Counted from the stretch's first letter, positions 1 through 14,175 are shown. The stretch is DNA of 64,000 nucleotides from Octopus bimaculoides (GCF_001194135.2 NC_068990.1:45271915-45335914); one strand, 5' to 3'. The notes: a model not told the origin generated them from the letters alone. Translations and numbers: made by a program.

Positions 1-2283
1 GTGTCTCCTCCTTGTTAACACTATGATTAGACTAAACAGTAGCAAGAGTAAAGATTGATGTTTAGTGACATAGTGGCATATACTTTATATAAAAACAAAA
101 AAACATAGATAAACATGACACTGTAAGGGAGAAGATGTGTAATGCAAAATGAAGGGTTAGGTTTATTTTATATTTTGCCATTAACCTTGATAATAAAGTT
201 ATTTAGTTTATCAGTTACTCCAACAAATGAATTTAGTTAAGTGTTTGTGGAATGGTTATCCTATTTTTGAGAAGACTAAAGTTTTTAAGGTTTAATTTTG
301 TGTGTATTTATAATAATATATGAATATATCTTACAGAAAATGTGTTGGTATTAAAGTTATTGAAAGCTGTTTGGGTGAAGTTTATGTACGACAATATCAC
401 TTTTGTTATCTACAGTATATTAAATATTAACACAAAATTAAGTATATGAAGCTAAGTTTAAACTGACAGGAATTTGAACTGTAGAAAAACACTGAGTATA
501 TTTGGTATAATTAGTTTAGTTGCACTTACTATAACTTTGATTTAATTGAAAACTAATTTAGTTATGTTTTCTGAAAATAGAACAGGCAATGATAGAAGAA
601 ATATTTGTTCTTATTACTAGGATTAAATAACAGATATTGTTTTTTCATTCTCTTCACTCCTTTTCATATCAAGAGTGGGTACATAATTGTTCAAATAGTT
701 AATGATATAGAACATTTAATTTATTTTTGAACTCCATAATTTTATAGTTTTTGTAAAAAGAGAGAAAAGAAAAAGAAAAATACATGAAAGAAAAGTTATT
801 CTAACTTATAGCCATTTTGGAAACGTGACTTGTTGAAAGGTTTTCCCTAAAACTGTATCTGCCCTTGCAGTCATTGAAAAAAAATTGATTATGCAAATTA
901 TTGAACATTTTGTATCTTGAATAAAAAGAAAGACCTGCAAGAGTGCCTGAAATACTTTATAACAGTTATTGAGAAGCTCATGAATTAACAATTTTTGTGT
1001 CTGAGGCATTGGTTATTCAGTGAAATTATGAAACAAAAGTTTGGACAACGAATGTTAGCAATTTACAAGTAATTATTCTTTAGTTCTTCCTTATTCATTT
1101 CATCCTGTTAACTTCAGTTCACTTGATTAACAGTACTGTCCTGTTTTGGTAGATGGCTTAAATGTTTGTGATGTATACTTTCAACTTTTAGTTTACAGTT
1201 AAAATTTAAAAACAAAAAGAAAAAAATTTTGCCCACAATTTTGAATTTATTCTAAATTACGTTTAATGAAAAGGAAATGGGGCTAGTGTTTCTGTTATAA
1301 GATTACTGAAATTAAATCAGAAATAGCCAATAATCTAGATAATGTATATATCTTACTTAATATTACACTAAATATTATTTCATATAATATTTGTCTGATG
1401 TTATCATCTCTAATTGATGAGTACCACCAATTCCTTACATGCAAATTGATTATGATTTCTTGTTGAAGCTAATTCCTTTCATCGTACATTGCTAAACCCT
1501 TGAAAAATAGTTATGAACATCATACTGTCTTGTTCTACTTCTCCTTTTCTCTCTAAGAAAAAAATTAATTTATGATGTTAATTGATAATTGTTTTGTTAG
1601 ATAGTTCTTGGTTACTTCCTAAAATTATGGTTTCAAATTGCCATGCAGTCCCACTAATGCAGATTCACTACTTTCTAATGTGTCATATAATTCAGTTTGC
1701 TGTGAGTGTTACTAGAAAATATCTTCACCAAATTTGCTTGTTGTCACTATGTTTGATTATTGCCATTAATATGTTTGCTTGTTGCTTTCATATATTTGCT
1801 TATTTGTCTTATTCTTATATATCAGTTTAAAGTGCCTAAGTATGTCCCCTAGAAGTGCATAATTATCATCCTCAGTATACTGTCATTTCTGCAACATTGT
1901 GTTGAGTCTTGTGGAATGGTAGTCAGCCAAATTGTCTGAGATAAATCTAGAGAATAGTTAATACATCATACTTAAAAGCTTTCTAGACCTATCCTTTGTG
2001 TTTCTGATCCTCTTGTCTTTTTGTAACTCCTTTTTTCCCTGTCTTTTTTGTAACTATCTTTCTTTCTACAAGGGATTTATTCATTAGAAGATTTGAGCTC
2101 AGCACTATATGCAAATGAAATACTAATTCAGTTGATGAAATAACTTGAATATTTATCATTAAAATCAACTGATATTCATTAAGAAAGATTTACATATGTT
2201 AGAATTAATAGTTAGAATTCGATATAAAACCAATATTAAGTAGTATATGAATGAAAATTGCTTTTCTCTCCCGGGAACATATT

Positions 2284-2507
2284 TTAACCTTGTAAGCATT
2301 CAGATTACTTTGTCAAGTGCAATGCTTATTTATTCACATTTTTTTCAATTAATCATGCATTATCTCGTAGCTTCACGATTTCAAAGAGATGATTGTTTAT
2401 TTTTAGAGTGACATTGTAGAGTAGGTATGAGAGGCTAGATCTGGCTGGTTTGAGCATAAAACTGGTAGAATATTTCGGCCTGATGTGGTTGGTTTAAATG
2501 CTAAAGG
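2284..2507 (+). mobile_element. about 220-bp TTAA-flanked MITE (piggyBac-like ends), family copy
   Basis: Same core (ctgtcaaatgtaatgcttatttattcacattg...gtttaaatgctaaagggttaa) recurs near 7190-7410, 11620-11847, 12867-13105, 27860-28066, 28783-29012 (inverted) and 35521-35725. Best copies end TTAACCCTTTAGCATT / AATGCTAAAGGGTTAA. Confidence 0.75.
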
Positions 2508-4611
2508 AAAGATTGGGAGGGACTGTGCAGGCCTCTTGTTCAAAGGGCCAGCGTATGTCTCTCAGTTTCATGCTAACTCTATCTGAGATTTATGTTAAGG
2601 GCATATTTTTGTCTATGGAATACTCATTGACTTCATATTAATTCAATAAGTAGGTAGTTCAGTTGATCAAACAACTAGAATACACATAGTCTAAACTGAT
2701 GGAGATCTTTTAACAAAGTGTATACCTAAAGGGTAAAATTAATAACTAGAATTATATATAAATCAATATTAAATGGTATGTTTGCAAGCAGTAACACCAT
2801 AGTATTATGAAAATTTATCATAAAATTATGTGTGTATGTGCATGCATATATACATACACACACATGCATACATACATTTGTATATATTCATGCATACATA
2901 CATTTGTATGTATGTATATAATTCCAAAATTTCAAAGTATTTACCTTTTAAATCTTTATCTGGCATTATTAGTTTGTATATATCCAAATATAACTATTTC
3001 TATTTCACTTTTCACTTAGCATGCATTCTACAGAGACCTCATACAATGGCAACATCAGCCACATTACTGCTTTCAAAAATCTGTGTGTGTGTGTGTGTGT
3101 ATGAGTGTGTGCCTGCCTGTCTTTCTATATATGTCTACTCACCAGTTAATAGTCTTTTGATTTTGTGACCAAATTCCACCAAGGCCAACTTTGATTTTCG
3201 TTCCTCTGGAGTTAATAAAATACTGAGATTGACTGTGGATTTCTGCCAATGTGCAAAAAAAAAAAGTTATTATTATGCTGATAACTGTGATAAAATTGAT
3301 CTCCAACAATGACACATTTTGGAGCAATAGTATTGTTGATTGAATAAACTACAGTATTTGACTGGTACTATATGTTATCAACATTGGAATAATAGAAGAT
3401 AAAATAGATCATTAATGGGCTTTGAACTCAGAGAGAGCATAAAGAGTTATAACCAAATATTACAAAGCAGTTTATCTGATGTTCTAATGTTTTTTGCCAG
3501 TTCACCCCTGTCACTATAAATTGTGATAATATTAATCTTTCTTCAGAGTTGTACTTGTCTAACAAGTCTCTTGATCTAAGATTGTGTGTTACATTGTAGA
3601 AGAGGCATTTTAGCCTTTAAGCAATACATAAAAGCAGTTATATTCACTTTTCATTTATTTTGATACATCACAATAAATAAAAAGTGACTAACAATTATGT
3701 GTTTATTAGAATAAATAAAATGGCTTTTCCACAGTGTAATTTTTCATTGCTCTTCAAGTAGAGTAGCACAAACAGTAGTGACCCAGACCAAATGCTTGGC
3801 ACATTCTTTATTTTCATTTTTATAATTCTGAGTATATTTGGGTGAACTTTATCTTCCAGCTCTCAGCCAACAATAAAATAAATATTAATTATGTATTGAG
3901 GGAGCAAAATTTTATCAGATACATTTCTCCTTTAGAAACATCATTTTGTTTAGCTAACTTGAATTCACATGGCTTCAATCTTCCACCCTTCTCTCTCACT
4001 CAGAGCATGTAAAGTTCTTCTTGGTTGAATTCCAGTGTCATCTCTTAAATGATTGCCGTATATGTCTTTGTTGTATGACTAATGTAATTTCAGTGATGTC
4101 AGAGTTTCCAAAGTAGGCTGTCACTAATCAGCTCCTCTTTGCTTCTTCAGCAATGTCCACTAAAGTCTTCTTTCTCTCTTTGGTGTCTGAAACATTAGAT
4201 ATCTTATTTTAACATCTTTGTTTACTAATGTAGGAAATCTTCTGTGTTATTGTAGAAAATTGTTTCTCACATTGTCATAAAGGTTTAGACTTTTGTTTTT
4301 TCTTAGACAAAATAAGAAGTTGTTGATGTCCATGCCATGTGTTTAAGCAATGTAGGTGAAGTAGCTCTGACAAGGAATTGAACCTTAGTAGATTCATCAT
4401 ATAATGTCAATAGTGATATAGATAAAAGAAGAAATCTATTGAAGGGTGTGTAAACTATTCAATTGATTCTAATATATTATTGGTATCTATCAGTAATGGA
4501 GAGATGAAAGTTTAAATTAACCCTAATGAGATGGATTACTACTCTAGTCTGGTAGTTGATAATAGTAACTGAGGCTATTGATTTCCAATATATGTGAAGT
4601 GTATGTATGTG

Positions 4612-4652
<41 letters not shown>

Positions 4653-4655
<3 letters not shown>

Positions 4656-4803
4656 TCATCATCATCATCACCGTTTAACATCCACTTTCCATGCTAGCAT
4701 GGATTGGACGATTTGACTGAGGACTGGCGAACCAGATGGCTGCACCAGGCTCCAATCTGATCTGGCAGAGTTTCTACAGCTGGATGCCCTTCCTAACGCC
4801 AAC
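4653..4803 (-). mobile_element. (CAT)n-tailed retroposon/SINE-like repeat
   Basis: catcatcatc...tttccatgctagcatgg.ttggac...ctggatgcccttcctaacgccaac; homologous copies near 30440-30620, 37962-38340, 38697-38940 and 47995-48150. Confidence 0.7.
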
Positions 4804-5119
4804 TGATATATCAGTTATGTGTGATATGTAGCACTTAGAATATTCTTGTACTCTTGATTTTGTTTGTTTTTTTAATGGTATACATTTAATAGTTTGTAAT
4901 ACCCTTTAAGTCTGACTCTTAATTGGAACAATTTTGTTTCTTTCTCCCCATCCCACCTCTCATTCACATACATTTACTCTATCAAATTTTTGTGATTTTT
5001 ACCGAAAGTGTAATAATACATGGTGTTCCTTAAATGACGTAAACTTTTATTAAATTAATCTATTAGTAATGTGACCTGATTTATTATGAGTAATATCTTA
5101 ATAAGTCCTCGAAATGCCA

Positions 5120-5245
5120 CATAGTTGACTTTGCCTTTCATCCTTTTGGGTTCGATAAAATAAGTACCAGCTGAGCACTGGAGTCAATGTAATTGACTTA
5201 CCCCCTCCCCTGGAATTGCTGGCCTTGTACCAAAATTTGAAATCA
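5120..5245 (+). mobile_element. SINE 3' fragment
   Basis: gttgactttgcctttcatcc...gataaaataagtaccag...ggccttgtaccaaaatttgaaa; recurs many times in the window. Confidence 0.7.
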
Positions 5246-5939
5246 ATATCTTAATAAGTCCTTTAAATATCTTATATTATCATGTAGTTATGTTTATATA
5301 TTTGAGCTGTCCTTTAGAATGTTCTTGTCCATGGCTGAACTTATTGGACTAAGTGAGAAGAAGCAATACCAAAAGGATTTGAATAAGCAAGAGCTTGCTG
5401 CCATTCTATGCTGTGTGTATGGGTGTGCACTTATTTTTTTCCTTACTTGCCATCTCTGAAGAGCATGTGGTGTTACTTAACCATGCTGTTGATATCCAGT
5501 GTGAAACTAATTAGTAACATTGGCTGAAATGAATCTCTAATACTGAATTCTTTGACATTTGTGTGTGTGCATGCACAAACACACACAAGATGTATCAGTA
5601 AAAAAAACAGCACAAGTTAATATTTTTGTTATAAAAACCTAAGATACATATTGAGAATAATTACATGTAATTGCTTGAGTATTATAATGAACAATATATT
5701 TTTCTGAAACTAATGAGTCATTTTCCTTCTAGTAAGGAAAAAGGGCTTGCATAGAGTGGGAAAACTCTTTGCAATCATAAGAGCCATCAGTTTCAAACAA
5801 ATAAACAACTTCTACTTTTTCTTTTCTTTGTATATTGAAGTGTGCGTGCTTATGTATAAGTACTGAGCATTGATATAATTAACTAATGCTCTCCCTGCAA
5901 ATTCCTGGCCTTGTGCCAGTGTTAGAAATACCTGTTATT

Positions 5940-6410
5940 ATTGGTAGACTGACAGAATTCTTAAAGCATTAGACAAAATATTTCACAGTATTTAGTTGTG
6001 CTACTCAATGTTCAGAGTACAAATTCCATTGAGGTCAACTTTGTTTTCTTTCCCACTGGAATTGATAGAGTACTAATCAACTCCTGGGGTCAAGATTATC
6101 AGGATTGATAAAATAGTACCAGCAGAGTGTTGAGATTGATGTAATCAGCTACCCTCCTCTCTCCAAATTGCAGGCCTTGTGACTATAGAAGAAAGATTAT
6201 TATTATTGGGTAGCAAGCTGACAGATTCATTAGTATGTCAGTCAAAAATGTTTAGTGGCTCTTCTTCCAGCTCTTTACATTCTGAGTTCAGCTTTACCTT
6301 TCATCTTTTTGGGGTTGATAAAGTAAGCACCATTTGAACACAGCTGTCAGTGGAATTCACTTCTAACTCCCTTCCCTAAAATTGCTGCCTTATGCCAAAA
6401 TTTGAAAGCA
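5940..6410 (+). mobile_element. tandem decayed SINE copies
   Basis: Two consecutive copies of the same SINE body and tail as at 5120 and 57300. Confidence 0.6.
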
Positions 6411-6734
6411 TTGTCATCATCATCATCATCATCATTATTATTTGGTTATTTTGTTGATAAAATTTACTTTCACTTATCTTTCCTCCCATTAGTATTGATC
6501 ATGCATGCATACATATTAAAAGTCTAATTTAAGAATGGGGAAATAAATTATTATTTTGCTTAGCTGAATACTAAGCAGTGTAAAATAGACCTCCTTTTTT
6601 GTTGTGACTATGTCACTTCACTTTATATCATTGTCATTCTCTTTCCTTACTGTTTGAATTACCAATCTTCAGATCTTTTTAAAAAAAATAACACAAAGCA
6701 AATATATATATATAAAATAATAATTCTTTCCAAT

Positions 6735-6920
6735 TTTGGCACAAGACCAGCAATTTTTGTTACAAAGAACAGTGTTTCACTAGTACTTATTTTATCAACC
6801 CTCGAAAGGATGAAAAGCAAAGTCGACCTTGGCAGAATTTGAACTCGGAACGTAAAGACAGACAAAATGCCACTAAGCATTTTGCCTGGCATGCTAACGA
6901 GTCTACCAGCTCACCACCTT
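6735..6920 (-). mobile_element. tRNA-derived SINE copy
   Basis: aaggatgaaaagcaaagtcgaccttggcagaatttgaactcggaacg; the reverse complement contains a B-box-like GTTCNNA. Homologous copies at 26270-26450, 33400-33820 and 62480-62640. Confidence 0.75.
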
Positions 6921-6931
6921 AATAATAATGA

Positions 6932-6932
<1 letters not shown>

Positions 6933-7010
<78 letters not shown>

Positions 7011-7015
7011 GATGA
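6933..7015. repeat. (TAC)n followed by (TAATGA)n microsatellite
   Basis: Directly visible. Confidence 0.95.
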
Positions 7016-9733
7016 AGAACAATCATTACTTTGGTAAATAATATACTTTAATATCCTTGAAATTAGGTTAAATTTCATCTAATAATTTGTTAGAAACCAA
7101 CCTAGTTTATTATAATATTCAGGAGTTTATGAGGAAACGTTTTACTGTTTTAGAAGACATTAGGTAATCTAGTCCAAGTTACATTACGTCTTTAAGCTCT
7201 TTGGCATTATTACAGATGCTTATTTTATAACAAAATAAGCATTACAAATGTAATGTTTATTCATTTATTTATTTTGAATTAATCATGCATTATCTTGTAG
7301 CTTCAGAATTTTGATAATGTGATTGCTTATTTTTAGAATGATATCGTAAGGTAGGTGTGAGAGGACTAGAATATTTGAATGAGCTGGATATGGCTGGTTT
7401 AAATGCTACAGGAGTAAAGAAAGACAAGATGATCAATGCTTGGGCATCTTTGATCATTGATCTGCAGTTCCATTAGCACTGACCTATGTCCTTTTCTAAG
7501 ACTAAAGGATTACCATTTCAAAGATGGAAGAGACTTGGCTACTATTTCTAGCATATCAAATGACTGCCTAGAGGCATCCTCCCTCATTTGGCTTGGAGTA
7601 TTGCTTGGAGAGGTTTAGGCTATAACAGGTAAATCTACTTTGTATGCACATCATGAGTATATAATACTGCCTTCATAAACTAAAAGCTTATGGAATTCAC
7701 AGTAATATGAAATTAAGTAATAGGAAGGTCATCCCTGTTTTATTTATTTATTTAAAATTGAATAGTTTCTTCTATCAAAATATAATATTTGGTGAGATTG
7801 AGTTGCTGTTTCTAGTCTAGATACCCTGCTATTTATTGCCTAAAGATAGCATCTACAATAGAGAATTCAACCAGTTGCTTTTATGGTAATGATTTTTAAA
7901 CCATATCTTTTTCTTCCTTTTAAAGTATAATGAAATAAAATAAATGATTGCAGTATGGAAGATGCCACTCAAAAACACATGAAGACTGTATTTACTATTT
8001 GTATCAAAATTTCATTTGTGATGAAAATTTTGATACCAAATAATAAATATTTTAAGTGAAGTGAAGTTAAGTTTGTGTGTTTTTGAATAGCTAATATGTA
8101 TCATCCTCACTGCAATCAATTTACTTTCAACACACTGACTCAGATCAAACCACTTTCCTGGCAAGTACACCTCCATGATGAAATATAGCATTTTGTAAGA
8201 AAATATTCAAGTGTTTTCTTACAAACATTTTTTTTATGTGTATGTGGAAAGAGTAATTTCTTTGAAACATTTTCCCCTTGGCCTTGTGCATAGCTCAAAA
8301 GTGATTAAACAGACAGTTATGGGGTGGGGTGGGAAGATACATGAAATTAATTCCTATCAGTTTGGTAGATAAGTTATGTTGCTTAAATGAACTTGGGGGT
8401 GGGTGAGATATTGAAGTTTGCTTCTTCATTTCCTATTACAAGATACAGAATAAAATAAATAATATAAAACCTAGGTAATTTAACTCATAAACACTAAGTG
8501 TGCCTTCTTTAGGTCTTTAAAAAATTTTTTATTTGGTAAGTAGATCTAAGTTAATTAGATCTATAATCTATTAGCATGTTATTTTTCTGCATTTATATCC
8601 TTTTATTTCTTTTTTTTTTGTTTTTTCTGGATTTCTTTTCTTCACTTTTTATTATTATTTTGTTCACTATATCACACCATAGTTTGTTTGTGTGTATTTG
8701 TGATAACAATTGGGGGAAGGCAGGGGTGCCTTTTGTATCTAGTAATACTTTATGATGCATGTTTGTGATAACAGCAGGCTTGGGTGGGAGTTTAGGGTGG
8801 GGATTTCTTCAATACACAATTGCATGTTTGTAATAATCTGATTGAGATATCAGGAAGAGAGTAAAAAAGAATGGGAGAGAGAGAGAGCGTGTGTGTGTGT
8901 ATGTGTGTGTTATACATACACATACAATTGCATGTTTGTGATAACAAAGGGGGAATCTGGAGGGTTGGGCAGGGGTTGAGGGGATCTCCCTTACACATGA
9001 CCCTTTAACAACTGAAAAATGATTTAAATAAATAAAACTCCCTACCCACTCTCTCTTACACCCTCTCCACCCTCAAAAAGAAAGAAAAGAAAAAGGTGTA
9101 CGTGTGTTATTCTAATTGATATAATTTCTTGGATTAAGAAAACAACAGTAACAAAAAAAAATTTTTTTTAAATTTAAAAAAACAAAATGAAATAAAGAAG
9201 TAAAACCTGAATGAAATACCTGTGTGCCAATCAAAACTGCTCATTTATCATCATTCAATGAATCCATTTTTACCATCACCATCATCATCACCATCATACC
9301 ACCACCATCACCTACTCTTACAAACACACATATACACACACACATACACATATATACATATTCAACACTATTCAGTTCTAAATTTTTCTCATTTCCAAAG
9401 TACCTGACTCCTATATTCTCCCTCTCTTATTTTAGCATGTTTTTCGTTTGTTTTTTGGGTTTATTTTTTTGTTTTAATTACTGAGTTTTTTTTTTCAAAT
9501 ATATATTTGGAAACTTCTCCAAATGTTTCTGTAAGAAATTTTTTTTTAATGTCTTTTTTATAAAAAGAAGAAAAACAAAAAAAAAATTTTTTAAAGTGCG
9601 CTTTTTTTTCCTTTTTCTTAATTTTTGTTTTCAGTGTGACAGGGGAGGGAGATATGTTAACTCCCCCAACATCTCACTACCACAACCATCACCACCACCA
9701 CCACCACCACTCTATGTTAATATCATTTCAGAA

Positions 9734-10391
9734 NNNNNNNNNNNNNNNNNNNNNNNNNNNNNNNNNNNNNNNNNNNNNNNNNNNNNNNNNNNNNNNNNNN
9801 NNNNNNNNNNNNNNNNNNNNNNNNNNNNNNNNNNNNNNNNNNNNNNNNNNNNNNNNNNNNNNNNNNNNNNNNNNNNNNNNNNNNNNNNNNNNNNNNNNNN
9901 NNNNNNNNNNNNNNNNNNNNNNNNNNNNNNNNNNNNNNNNNNNNNNNNNNNNNNNNNNNNNNNNNNNNNNNNNNNNNNNNNNNNNNNNNNNNNNNNNNNN
10001 NNNNNNNNNNNNNNNNNNNNNNNNNNNNNNNNNNNNNNNNNNNNNNNNNNNNNNNNNNNNNNNNNNNNNNNNNNNNNNNNNNNNNNNNNNNNNNNNNNNN
10101 NNNNNNNNNNNNNNNNNNNNNNNNNNNNNNNNNNNNNNNNNNNNNNNNNNNNNNNNNNNNNNNNNNNNNNNNNNNNNNNNNNNNNNNNNNNNNNNNNNNN
10201 NNNNNNNNNNNNNNNNNNNNNNNNNNNNNNNNNNNNNNNNNNNNNNNNNNNNNNNNNNNNNNNNNNNNNNNNNNNNNNNNNNNNNNNNNNNNNNNNNNNN
10301 NNNNNNNNNNNNNNNNNNNNNNNNNNNNNNNNNNNNNNNNNNNNNNNNNNNNNNNNNNNNNNNNNNNNNNNNNNNNNNNNNNNNNNNNNNN
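9734..10391. other. assembly gap (N run)
   Basis: N bases, flanked on the right by (TA)n. Confidence 1.
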
Positions 10392-10392
10392 N

Positions 10393-10437
<45 letters not shown>

Positions 10438-11039
10438 TTGAAGAAAAAAATGATTAAAGACAACAATAACAAAAAAAACAAAACAAAAGAAACAGATTTC
10501 AAGTTCCAGCCATTTGTCTGGGGAAGGAACGTACCAGTCATGTTGAATGAGAATATTATGAAATAAATGATATTTGATAAAAAAAAGAATCCGATCTTAA
10601 TTTTTCTTTTATGCATGAACAGAACTGTCTTTCTTTCAGTCTCTCTCTCATACACAATCCTCACTGTCTATCTAAACATGTCTCTTGACTCCCTGTTGTA
10701 TTTTCTGGTATACAAGTTGATATAGTATGTAATGTAAATATTCAAACATTGTCACTATCTTTTCAACTCCTGCTGTTTCACATGGAATTTTTGGTCTTAC
10801 AAATGAATTCATCTTGGTGTATAAGTTGGCTGTAAATTTTGGTTTGAAAAATTCTACTTATATACTGGAAAATATAGTATCTGTATAATGATATTTTCAT
10901 CTGATCTTGGCAAATTTGTGAAGATATTTTATCCAGACTTTCCTTTAGTTACAATTTTGTGTCTACTCGTTATGTTATTGTACATCATTATTTGGTTTCT
11001 CTTACCACTTATTTAGCAGATACAAAGAGCACTGCTGGT

Positions 11040-11585
11040 AATATGTAACCCAGTACAACCTGTCACATGGTTGGGTCGTCGGCAACTAAACTGGTAATCC
11101 CATCTAACTTGCTTGGTGAGGAGGGTGATTGTTGGACACACTGCAGGACAAAAAATAAAACCTGTCAAAAGGGCAGAACTACTGTGTAGTCAATGGCCAA
11201 ATCAACAAGTACTTTGTTTGGTGAAGTACCTATGTGCTCCATTGACCAGAAGAGCTATGCTGGAGGGAGAGAAATCTTCAGGCATGTCTTACCAGGCCAG
11301 ACAGGTTGAAGGGTAGGAGACAGACAAAACCTTAACAACAAAAATCGAAGTGTCGGCAGTAGGGCATGGGTGTAGTTTTCAGCAGGACCTAACAGATCAG
11401 ATTCCGGGCTTTGAACTAGCAGGATGTCATGCAGAGGATCTTGAATACAAGTCAATGGATGAGACCCTAATATTCCTTGTTAGATGGAAACTGCGGGACC
11501 ACATGGAGTGGCACCCTGTGATTCCTATAGTATGTGCACCCAAAACCCCTAAAATGGGGCATCCTTTGGGACAACCTAGATGAGA
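11040..11585 (+). mobile_element. GC-richer repeat remnant, possibly the 5' region of a LINE
   Basis: Composition shift and broken ORFs; no diagnostic domain motif recognised. Confidence 0.3.
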
Positions 11586-11619
11586 TGAGAGAGAAGGCTA
11601 TGCTTTACCTGAGGAAGTC

Positions 11620-11847
11620 TCAATCATTGAACATTCAGATTATTTTGTCAAATGTAATGCTTATTTATTGACATTGTTTTGTATTGATTATGTATTATAT
11701 TGTGGCTTTTAGATTTTGATGATGTTATTGTATATTTTCAGAAGAACATTGTAGGATAGTTGTGAGAGGCCATATCTGGCCAGTTTGAACATAAAACAGG
11801 TAAAATATTTCGGACAGATATGGTCAGTTTAAATGCTAAAGTGTTAA
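11620..11847 (+). mobile_element. TTAA-flanked MITE copy
   Basis: Homologous to 2284-2507. Confidence 0.7.
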
Positions 11848-12866
11848 AGTTTTCTTCTCCTTGCTGCATAAGTTATTTATCTATCTATTTCTTATGTATA
11901 TTTTTCTTATCTATGTAATTGGATAGATATCTTCTGTCTCCCTTTCTCTTATCTGCCTATATATCTGTTGTCTACCTATATGTCTTTCATTTGGACAGTT
12001 GGGTATCAAAGGCCACAGAAGAACTGCCACAATTAATCGCTTCTCTAATATTGCTGAAAAGAGCTCAATGTGGATATGGACAAATAGAAATGATCAATGG
12101 ACCAAGTTATAGATTCCATTAGTTATTTATAGGAAATATGAGGAGGAAGAGAACTGGTTCCTTTGGTGGTTAGTGTGGCCTAGTGGTCTGAAACATAAGA
12201 TCACAAGGAGAATGACCCAGGTTTGAATCCTGCTGGAAACAGGATTTTGGAAAGCAGCAGGAGGACACCTAGGGGTCATGACCTGGGTGGACCCGGTTCC
12301 TTTAGAGTTGTCAGGAATAAAGGCCGAAACACTTGTTGGACGGTCGTTCTTCCTCTGAAGATCTCTCCTGCTGTGCATTTGTCTTGCAGCAAGTTTCTGA
12401 TATTCATTTTTTGCATTGATAAGATAGCAACCTGGTTGCCTGAAAATCTATGCCTGAGAATAACTTCCATTCCATTGGCAATGACAAGCTGCTCTTTCTA
12501 CAGCCAAGGCAACTGATATAACATTGCTCAAGCCTCCCTTGAGTAGTAGATGGAGTAATGTACAACTGAATATTTCATTAGTTTGTAGCAATTAATTAAA
12601 AACATGACACAAGTATAAGTAGCTTGAACAGAGAATGATTTCTGCCAGTCTCACATCTCTAAATAAACCAGCATCTACACAGTAGTTCAAACTGCTAGAA
12701 ATAGCAGCCAAGTTCCCCAAAGCACTTCCAACCCCAACCATCTTAAAGTGGGAAGAACACATTAGACATTGTAGTATTAGTTACACAAAAAAGATGAAAG
12801 AGATGGTGAAGGCCATCAATTAAAGCCTTTCTCAATCAGGGCTGATTTGGGGCTAAACAACCAACT

Positions 12867-13105
12867 TTAACCATTTAGTATTCAGGTTACTCTGTCCAAT
12901 GCAATGCTTATTTATTCACATTGTTTTCAATCAATCATGCATTATCTTGTAGCTTCAATATTTCAATAATGTGATTGTCAATTGTTAGAATAGCATTAAA
13001 AGGTTTGTTTGAAGGAATGAATCTAAAAGGTTTGTGTGAGGGAATGTGTCCACTTTGAACTTAAAACAAAAGTAGACATAGCCAGTTTAGCTGCTAAAGT
13101 GTTAA
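12867..13105 (+). mobile_element. TTAA-flanked MITE copy
   Basis: Homologous to 2284-2507; begins ttaaccatttagtattc and ends gctaaagtgttaa. Confidence 0.7.
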
Positions 13106-13769
13106 ATATACAAGTCAATGAGGTATTTATTCACAACTTCATTGATCAACCAATTAGAAAATATACAATGGAGATTGTTAAAAGAAGCATTAGTGTCTTG
13201 TCTTAAACCTGTGAGCTCATTAAGTCAGAGTTTATCCAAATTTCTAAGGTATATGAATGACTGAGAATACAAGACTTTTTAAATAGGGTGACAATATCAA
13301 TCCTCAGTTATTGTTGGTTCTCATTTCAGTTGAATACACCAGAAAAATGGGAAATGAAGTGCCTTGCTTAAGAACAATGCACCTCATAGCACTAAGGGAT
13401 CAAACTCACCCAAGCAACTTCATATCTTATAGATTTACAGAGGAGATAGTTTCACCTGGAATAACTTTTGCTGTTAAGTCTGCTCTGTAAGACTGACTTA
13501 AGGTTAGTGCAACAACATCAACAACTGTTAGTATACAACATGGAAATGGAATTGACTGAGTGTTATTTCTGAGACAATATTCTGTATTCCTGCTTTTCTA
13601 TTCTTTCTGTGTTCCATATTTCTTTCTCAGAGAGACATTTTTATACGTTTGATTGCATTTTGGTATTGCTGAAGGAAGTTTTCAAGATCTGATTTACTGG
13701 TCCTCACTTCTTATTTCTGGTGTGCTTTGCTCAGAAAGTTTTTAAAGTTTAAAATTTATTAATATACAT

Positions 13770-13934
13770 AGGCACAGGTGTGCTTGTGTGGTAAGAAATT
13801 TGCTTCCCAATGACATGATTCCAGTTTAAGTACCACTACATGGCACCTTGGGCAAGAGTCTTCTACTATATCTTCAGGCTTTTCAGTGGATTTGGTGGAC
13901 AGAAACTGAAAGAAGTCTGTTGTATAAACATTTG

Positions 13935-13969
<35 letters not shown>

Positions 13970-14175
13970 TCTATATGTGTGCATTTGTCCCCCACCACCA
14001 CTTGACAACTGGTGCTGGTGTGTATACATCCCTGTAACTTAGCAGTTCAGTAAAAAGGACTGATAAAAGTACCAGGCTTAAAGACAAATTAAGTACTGGG
14101 GGTGATTTGTTTGATTAAATTTCTTCAAGGTGGTGCCCCAGCCTGTCTGCAGTCTAATGACTGAAACAAGATAAA
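13770..14175 (+). mobile_element. full-length tRNA-derived CORE-like SINE with internal (TA)n
   Basis: A/B-box-like head followed by ggcaccttgggcaag (CORE-like); same family as the reverse copies at 31550-31948 and 38995-39316. Confidence 0.8.

Noticed and set aside
806-1080. Plus-strand acceptors and short open frames (e.g. IEKKLIMQIIEHFVS* followed by AATAAA)
   Set aside because: No recognisable protein and no linked exons; too short to support.
7953-8196. Two possible small plus-strand exons (MEDATQKHMKT; SNHFPGKYTSMMKYSI)
   Set aside because: Moderate splice sites, no homology, and expected by chance in AT-rich DNA.
1582-9484. Many 60-112 aa ORFs from the track (also throughout the window)
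   Set aside because: Low-complexity translations of microsatellites, SINEs or AT-rich DNA ([13 protein letters not shown]), with no domain evidence.
9596-10664. Long ORFs in the track (281, 273 and 313 aa), and a plus-strand acceptor at 9634 followed by a Pro-rich frame
   Set aside because: The ORFs are artefacts of reading through N runs. The Pro-rich frame is a (CAC)n microsatellite that runs into the gap and cannot be evaluated.
12127-12516. GC-richer block with overlapping ORFs
   Set aside because: Probably a transposon remnant, but no domain motif could be assigned.
13770-13850. tRNA-like A/B boxes here and in other copies
   Set aside because: These are SINE heads with no cloverleaf and repeat bodies attached, not tRNA genes.
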